A stretch of 12,781 nt of DNA, the filler included, from Acetivibrio sp. (GTDB lineage Bacteria; Bacillota; Clostridia; Acetivibrionales; Acetivibrionaceae): assembly GCF_035371925.1 (NCBI RefSeq). It is 6 parts of 6 records of this genome, joined end to end, with 100 filler letters (N's around TTAATTAATTAA, not from the genome) between each part and the next. Parts side by side here need not be neighbours in the genome. Positions count along the whole stretch, not along the records: positions 7,480 to 9,450 come from NZ_DAORXT010000178.1; positions 9,551 to 11,180 come from NZ_DAORXT010000182.1; positions 11,281 to 12,781 come from NZ_DAORXT010000183.1; 3 more parts are not named here. One strand, written 5' to 3'. This document shows, one piece after another, positions 7,380 through 12,781 of the stretch. Every line of letters starts with the position of its first letter. Position 1 is the first letter of the stretch. A model generated the notes under the pieces. It was not told the origin of the DNA. It did no database searches and saw nothing but the letters and a program-made list of their open reading frames with translations. Position numbers and translations under genes: made by a program.

Positions 7380-7479
7380 NNNNNNNNNNNNNNNNNNNNN
7401 NNNNNNNNNNNNNNNNNNNNNNNTTAATTAATTAANNNNNNNNNNNNNNNNNNNNNNNNNNNNNNNNNNNNNNNNNNNN
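7380..7479. other. Artificial contig-joining spacer
   Basis: 44 N + TTAATTAATTAA + 44 N. Confidence 0.99.
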
Positions 7480-7639
7480 CAACAAGGGTGCCGAGGTGAA
7501 GCATAACATCAAAGGCAACATCAGCCTCTTCAATTCCAAAAATCTGCTGAACAATAGCCAGATGTCCCGAACTGCTGATGGGCAAAAATTCGGTCAGTCC
7601 CTGCAATATGCCCAGCAGTATTGCCTCAATTATTTTCAA
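7480..7639 (-). CDS. uppP: Undecaprenyl-diphosphate phosphatase, 5' fragment
   Basis: [19 protein letters not shown] and [11 protein letters not shown]acA/UppP signatures; TTG start at 7639 with AAGGAGG 8 nt upstream. Confidence 0.93.
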
Positions 7640-7921
7640 AAACACCGCCTCCTTAATTATCATGAATGTAAATATTATACCACCATTCCAAAAAGAAGGC
7701 CATACATTGTTTTGGCACCGAACCCATAATATATAATAATTCTAAATTGCAATAATAAATGCAACACTTTTTTGACAGGAAAGTATGATATAGATATCCA
7801 AATTTTTACTGTTTAATCTGTAAAACCTTACGGTGTCATGGGAAGGGTGGAGATTTTCGAGCGTTAGCGAGAAAATACTACCCGACCTTGACACCGGACA
7901 TAAAATGATATAATTGTTCCC

Positions 7922-7952
7922 AGGCCTTTTGGCATGCCTGGCCAAAAGGCCT
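7922..7952. repeat. Perfect 12-bp hairpin in the IS30 3' non-coding region
   Basis: AGGCCTTTTGGC-ATGCCTG-GCCAAAAGGCCT; no clear U-tract. Confidence 0.75.
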
Positions 7953-8001
7953 TAACTATAATCATCATTACCTTTTGCTTCTTAAAATATCTGTTATATT
8001 A

Positions 8002-9138
<1,137 letters not shown>

Positions 9139-9231
9139 TCATACAGGATTTCTCACTATGGTTCTATAATTTTTTTGGTGTTGCATTTAATTTTACAACG
9201 AACCAAAAGGAAACAAATATAAATTTTATAG

Positions 9232-9260
9232 TTGACAAGGCGTACTCTGTATGTTAGAAT
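9232..9260 (+). promoter_or_regulatory. Sigma-A promoter P1 upstream of carD
   Basis: TTGACA (9232-9237) -N17- TAGAAT (9255-9260) with extended TG. Confidence 0.7.
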
Positions 9261-9270
9261 ATCAAGTTTA

Positions 9271-9299
9271 TTGACATAACAGTGAATTTGTGGTATAGT
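9271..9299 (+). promoter_or_regulatory. Sigma-A promoter P2 upstream of carD
   Basis: TTGACA (9271-9276) -N17- TATAGT (9294-9299) with extended TG. Confidence 0.7.
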
Positions 9300-9335
9300 A
9301 GATACGGTAGATTATTTGTCAGAGGAGGCATTCCC

Positions 9336-9450
9336 GTGGAGTTTCAAGTGGGTGATAAGGTAGTTTATCCAATGCATGGAGCCGGAGTGGTTGAGAGCAT
9401 TGAAGAAAAGGAAATACTGGGCAAGAAACAGGAATATTATGTCCTGAATT
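9336..9450 (+). CDS. carD: CarD-family transcriptional regulator, 5' fragment
   Basis: GTG start after [34 protein letters not shown] is the CarD N-terminal signature. Confidence 0.9.
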
Positions 9451-9550
9451 NNNNNNNNNNNNNNNNNNNNNNNNNNNNNNNNNNNNNNNNNNNNTTAATT
9501 AATTAANNNNNNNNNNNNNNNNNNNNNNNNNNNNNNNNNNNNNNNNNNNN
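9451..9550. other. Artificial contig-joining spacer
   Basis: 44 N + TTAATTAATTAA + 44 N. Confidence 0.99.
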
Positions 9551-9604
9551 CGCAAAAACCACAAATTGTACGAGAAAAATGTGTCAAGTAATATTGACAA
9601 TATC
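9551..9604. mobile_element. Probable terminus of another IS (ISLre2/IS256-like) inserted into istA
   Basis: Ends TATTGACAATATC, similar to the contig-1 right end AACTGACGCTATC; the istA-like frame is open only from just downstream. Confidence 0.4.
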
Positions 9605-9606
9605 AG

Positions 9607-10515
9607 ACTGCAGTTATCAAACCAGACCGTGTAGAACCTTTAATAAACAGAAACTACAAAGAAATGGCCTTACACTATAGAACGACCATTGTACCTGCCA
9701 GAGTAAGTAAACCAAAAGATAAAGCTTCAGATGAAAACATGGTAGGTAATGTTTCGAGAAGAATAATCGCAGCACTTAGAAATAGACAGTTTTTTAGCAT
9801 ATATGAAATAAACCGGGCAATTTCAGAGGAACTTGAGAAGTTTATCAACAGACCTTTTCAGAAAATGGAGGGTAACAGGAAGACAGCTTTTGAAAAAATA
9901 GATAAACCTTGTTTGCAGCCATTGCCGGCAACAAAATATGAGTATTGCGACTGGGTAGAAACAAAAGTTGCATTTAATTATCATGTTGAATATAAAGGGT
10001 TTTTCTACAGCGTTCATTACTCCTATGCAAATCACAAATGTTGGATTAGGGCATCCTCAAGAACTATAGAAGTATATATAGGAAACGAGAGAATAGCGGT
10101 ACACACCAGGAATTATGACAAATTTAATCGGTATAAAACATTAGAGGAACATATGCCCGAAGAGCATAAAGCAATTTATGCATGGAATTCTGAACGTTTT
10201 CTATCCTGGGCAGAAAAAACCGGTCCTTATACCCGGGAATTAATCAAAAAAATTCTTGAAAGCAGTGATTATCCTGTTCAGGGTTATCGAGCTTGTATGG
10301 GCATTATGAGACTTGCTAAAAGTCATTCAGCCGAAATAATGGAAACTGCCAGTAAAGAGGCTATAGATAAAAATGTTTTCTCATTCAAATATTTTAATAT
10401 TATCCTTAAGCAAGTTGTTAACAATTCCTCAAAGAGGCAGGATGAAACAATTATTCAGCATGAAAATGTAAGAGGAAGTAGTGCTTACTCAGGAGGTGGT
10501 ATATATGTTAATTAA
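9607..10515 (+). pseudogene. istA: IS21-family transposase IstA, C-terminal part (interrupted)
   Basis: TAVIKPDRVEPLINRNYKEMALHY, PARVSKPKDKASDE and YHVEYKGFFYSVHY are IstA-like; in-frame TGA at 9595 upstream; overlaps the istB start. Confidence 0.85.
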
Positions 10516-11180
10516 CCCAACTATAGAAAAATTAAGAGATATGAAACTTAAAGTTATGGCTCAACTACTGAGTGATTCAGATCCGGCTTTAAGAGAGTTG
10601 TCTTTCGAGGAGAGGCTCGGTATTATGGTTGAAAAAGAATGGGAGTCAAGAAAAAACTCAAGAATCAAAAGATATATACATAAAGCATCTTTTAGTATTA
10701 ATGCATGCATTGAGGATATAGACTATACTTCGGACCGGAAGATTGATAAAAAGACTCTGCAAACTCTTTCTACCTGTACCTACATTATTCAGAAATTAAA
10801 TATAGTGATTACAGGAAAAACCGGAAGCGGAAAGACATTTCTGGCATGTGCATTTGGTAACAGTGCTTGCCGTCATGGTTATACCGTTAAATACTACCGT
10901 ATCCCGGAACTTTTGCTTGAAATACAAGACGCGAAAAACGAAAATAGATATAGCAAGTTTATGAGCCAACTTCAAAATGTAAAGCTTTTGATTTTAGACG
11001 ATATAGGATTAAAATCATACACCTTAGAAGAAAGCAGGGATATACTTGAGATTGCGGAAAGCAGATACAATAAAGCTTCTACAATTCTTTCCGGACAGAT
11101 TCCTCATACTCATTGGTATGATTTATTTCCTGACCCTACAATAGCAGATGCAATTATGGACAGGATAGTTCATAATGCAT
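10505..11180 (+). CDS. istB: IS21-family helper ATPase IstB (3' end cut by contig edge)
   Basis: AGGAGGTG RBS and ATG at 10505; Walker A GKTGSGKT, Walker B LLILDD, and IADAIMDRIVHNA. Confidence 0.93.
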
Positions 11181-11280
11181 NNNNNNNNNNNNNNNNNNNN
11201 NNNNNNNNNNNNNNNNNNNNNNNNTTAATTAATTAANNNNNNNNNNNNNNNNNNNNNNNNNNNNNNNNNNNNNNNNNNNN
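11181..11280. other. Artificial contig-joining spacer
   Basis: 44 N + TTAATTAATTAA + 44 N. Confidence 0.99.
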
Positions 11281-11385
11281 GGCGGCAATTGGAACGATGG
11301 CGCATATGCTGGTTCCCGCACGGCGAACCTGAACAGCTACCCCTGGAACGTGAACCCGAACATTGGCTCTCGCTTTGCCCGTGAC
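11281..11385 (+). repeat. DGR template repeat (3' part), possibly with variable-repeat-derived bases
   Basis: Translates as GGNWNDGAYAGSRTANLNSYPWNVNPNIGSRFARD, a C-type-lectin-fold variable-repeat signature; 7 of 35 codons are AAY; ends in a G/C-rich stretch; sits just upstream of a DGR-type RT. Confidence 0.85.
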
Positions 11386-11516
11386 TTCAACTATATACAG
11401 AGACACAGCTTTACGGAGCTATGTCCATCCGTTTATGGAGTCAGATCCTTAGTCCTTCCCTCGAAGGGAAAAGATAAACTTGCCTCTGCGGTGAGTAAGT
11501 TGACTGAAAACTGAAA
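11386..11516 (+). ncRNA. Structured DGR spacer RNA between TR and RT
   Basis: Hairpins GACACAGCTT-TACG-GAGCTATGTC (11402-11425), TCCAT/ATGGA (11424-11439) and TTCCCT-CGA-AGGGAA (11456-11470). Confidence 0.55.
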
Positions 11517-12533
11517 ATGGTAGGGGATATGCCAGTTACTTATAATAATTTGTACAACAAGATATATAGCTTTAACAACCTTTACTCTGCATATTTAAAG
11601 GCCAGAAAATGCAAAAGATATAGAAAAGAGGTGCTTGATTTTACAAGCAAATTAGAAGAAAACCTTTTAATTATTCAGAATGAACTTATCTGGAAAACCT
11701 ATGAACCAGGCAGATTTAAAGAGTTTTATGTCTATGATCCGAAAAAGAGATTGATCCATGCTCCTGCTTTTAGAGATAGAGTCATTCACCATGCTCTATG
11801 TAATATCATAGAGCCTTTGTTTGAGAAAAAATTTATCTACGACAGCTATGCCTGCAGAAAAGGAAAGGGCACGCATGCAGCAGTTAAAAGAGTCCAGAAA
11901 TTTATGAGAAAACTGCCAAGAAACAGTTATGTCTTGAAGGCTGATATCAGCCAGTATTTCCCAAGCATCAATCATTCAATCCTGATGAATATCATTCAAC
12001 GGACAATTCGATGCAAAGACACTCTCTGGCTCATAGAAACCATCATCTTCCAGACAGACCAGGGGCTCCCCATCGGAGCCTTGACGAGTCAGCTGTTTGC
12101 AAATGTGTATCTCAATGAGCTTGACCACTTCATCAAAGACCAATTAGGCGTGAAATATTATTTGAGATATATGGACGACTTTGTAATAGCCCATCCCGAC
12201 AAAAAATATCTAAAGCAATTGCTGTGCGACATCCAGGACTTCCTGATTACCAGGCTTGCGCTTAAACTCAACCCGAAAACCCGAATTTGCCCCTACGCAC
12301 AAGGCGTTGACTTTGCTGGATATAGAACCTGGCCTACGCATATACTCCCCCGTAAGCGGAATGTAAAACGAGCAAAAAGGATGTTTAAAAAGCTTATGAA
12401 AGATTACGCCTTAGGTATTATAGATCTTGACTATATCAAACCCCGCCTCATGAGCTTTCTTGGCTACATGAAGCACTGTGATGGCTACATCACCCTCCAC
12501 CACATCCTCTCCGAGTTTGTTTTGAAAAGATAA
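11517..12533 (+). CDS. DGR-type reverse transcriptase, 338 aa (alternative start 11529)
   Basis: APAFRDRVIHHA, KADISQYFPSI, GLPIGALTSQ (the DGR-type IGxxxSQ motif rather than group II QGxxxSP) and catalytic RYMDD; no maturase or endonuclease extension. Confidence 0.93.
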   Translation: MVGDMPVTYNNLYNKIYSFNNLYSAYLKARKCKRYRKEVLDFTSKLEENLLIIQNELIWKTYEPGRFKEFYVYDPKKRLIHAPAFRDRVIHHALCNIIEPLFEKKFIYDSYACRKGKGTHAAVKRVQKFMRKLPRNSYVLKADISQYFPSINHSILMNIIQRTIRCKDTLWLIETIIFQTDQGLPIGALTSQLFANVYLNELDHFIKDQLGVKYYLRYMDDFVIAHPDKKYLKQLLCDIQDFLITRLALKLNPKTRICPYAQGVDFAGYRTWPTHILPRKRNVKRAKRMFKKLMKDYALGIIDLDYIKPRLMSFLGYMKHCDGYITLHHILSEFVLKR

Positions 12534-12653
12534 AATGACAACTTTTTTGCAATTTAAACTAAATTCTGAGAGAAAATTTCGCTTAATGAATATCCCAATA
12601 TATCCCTTTTTATCACACATTATCCCACAATAAAGCAGAAAAAAACACGAAAA

Positions 12654-12726
12654 ATTGTAAACCGTTGTTTTGGAATTTTGTAAACTTTTAATTGGAATTT
12701 TGTAAACTTTTGAATTGGAATGAACA
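12654..12726 (-). repeat. Three tandem 22-23-bp repeats plus terminal CA: candidate Mu-like transposon or prophage right end
   Basis: ATTGTAAACCGTTGTTTTGGAAT (12654-12676), TTTGTAAACTTTTAATTGGAAT (12677-12698), TTTGTAAACTTTTGAATTGGAAT (12699-12721), then GAACA; from outside in it reads 5'-TGTTC then the three sites. Confidence 0.65.
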
Positions 12727-12781
12727 CCTATTTATCAGCATGAGCAATACACAGATGAAGAGGGGAATATAAAACTCAGGA

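Noticed and set aside
7496..7945. ORFs 7496-7729 (+) and 7742-7945 (-), and the 7663 start for uppP
   Set aside because: No RBS or motifs; 7742-7945 crosses the IS30 terminus. The RBS position supports TTG at 7639 for uppP.
9282..9335. ORF-track start at 9282 for carD
   Set aside because: It lies within promoter P2; the GAGGAGG RBS supports GTG at 9336.
11517..12533. RT as a group II intron, retron or CRISPR-associated RT
   Set aside because: It has the IGxxxSQ motif, short length, no maturase X domain, no intron domain V/VI downstream, no cas genes, and an upstream TR.
12654..12721. Repeats as a CRISPR array
   Set aside because: The units are head-to-tail with no unique spacers.
9607..12726. 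Functional link between IS21 istAB and the DGR or terminal repeats (or between the DruE-like helicase and neighbouring contigs)
   Set aside because: They are separated by artificial spacers; adjacency is not biological evidence.

Overview
This window is not one locus. It is six short draft-assembly contigs joined by identical 100-nt artificial spacers (44 N + TTAATTAATTAA + 44 N) at 2414-2513, 4911-5010, 7380-7479, 9451-9550 and 11181-11280, so no linkage across spacers can be inferred. Gene content and promoter style suggest a clostridial-type Bacillota genome (inference). Contig 1: ISLre2-family IS (1-2297) with an unusually long, heavily structured 3' non-coding region. Contig 2: argS 3' part and a complete IS110 element (3317-4904, minus). 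Its upstream non-coding end folds like a bridge RNA whose guides match its own flanks; the reconstructed target is a Shine-Dalgarno sequence. Contig 3: 3' part of a large SF2 helicase-DUF1998 gene (DruE-like), a terminator and two tiny ORFs with strong RBSs. Contig 4: IS30 inserted between divergent uppP and carD. Contig 5: IS21 istA (interrupted) and istB. Contig 6: a diversity-generating retroelement (template repeat, structured spacer, DGR-type RT), followed by three 22-23-bp repeats ending in CA that resemble a Mu-like transposon or prophage right end. All calls are from manual reading; no database searches were run.
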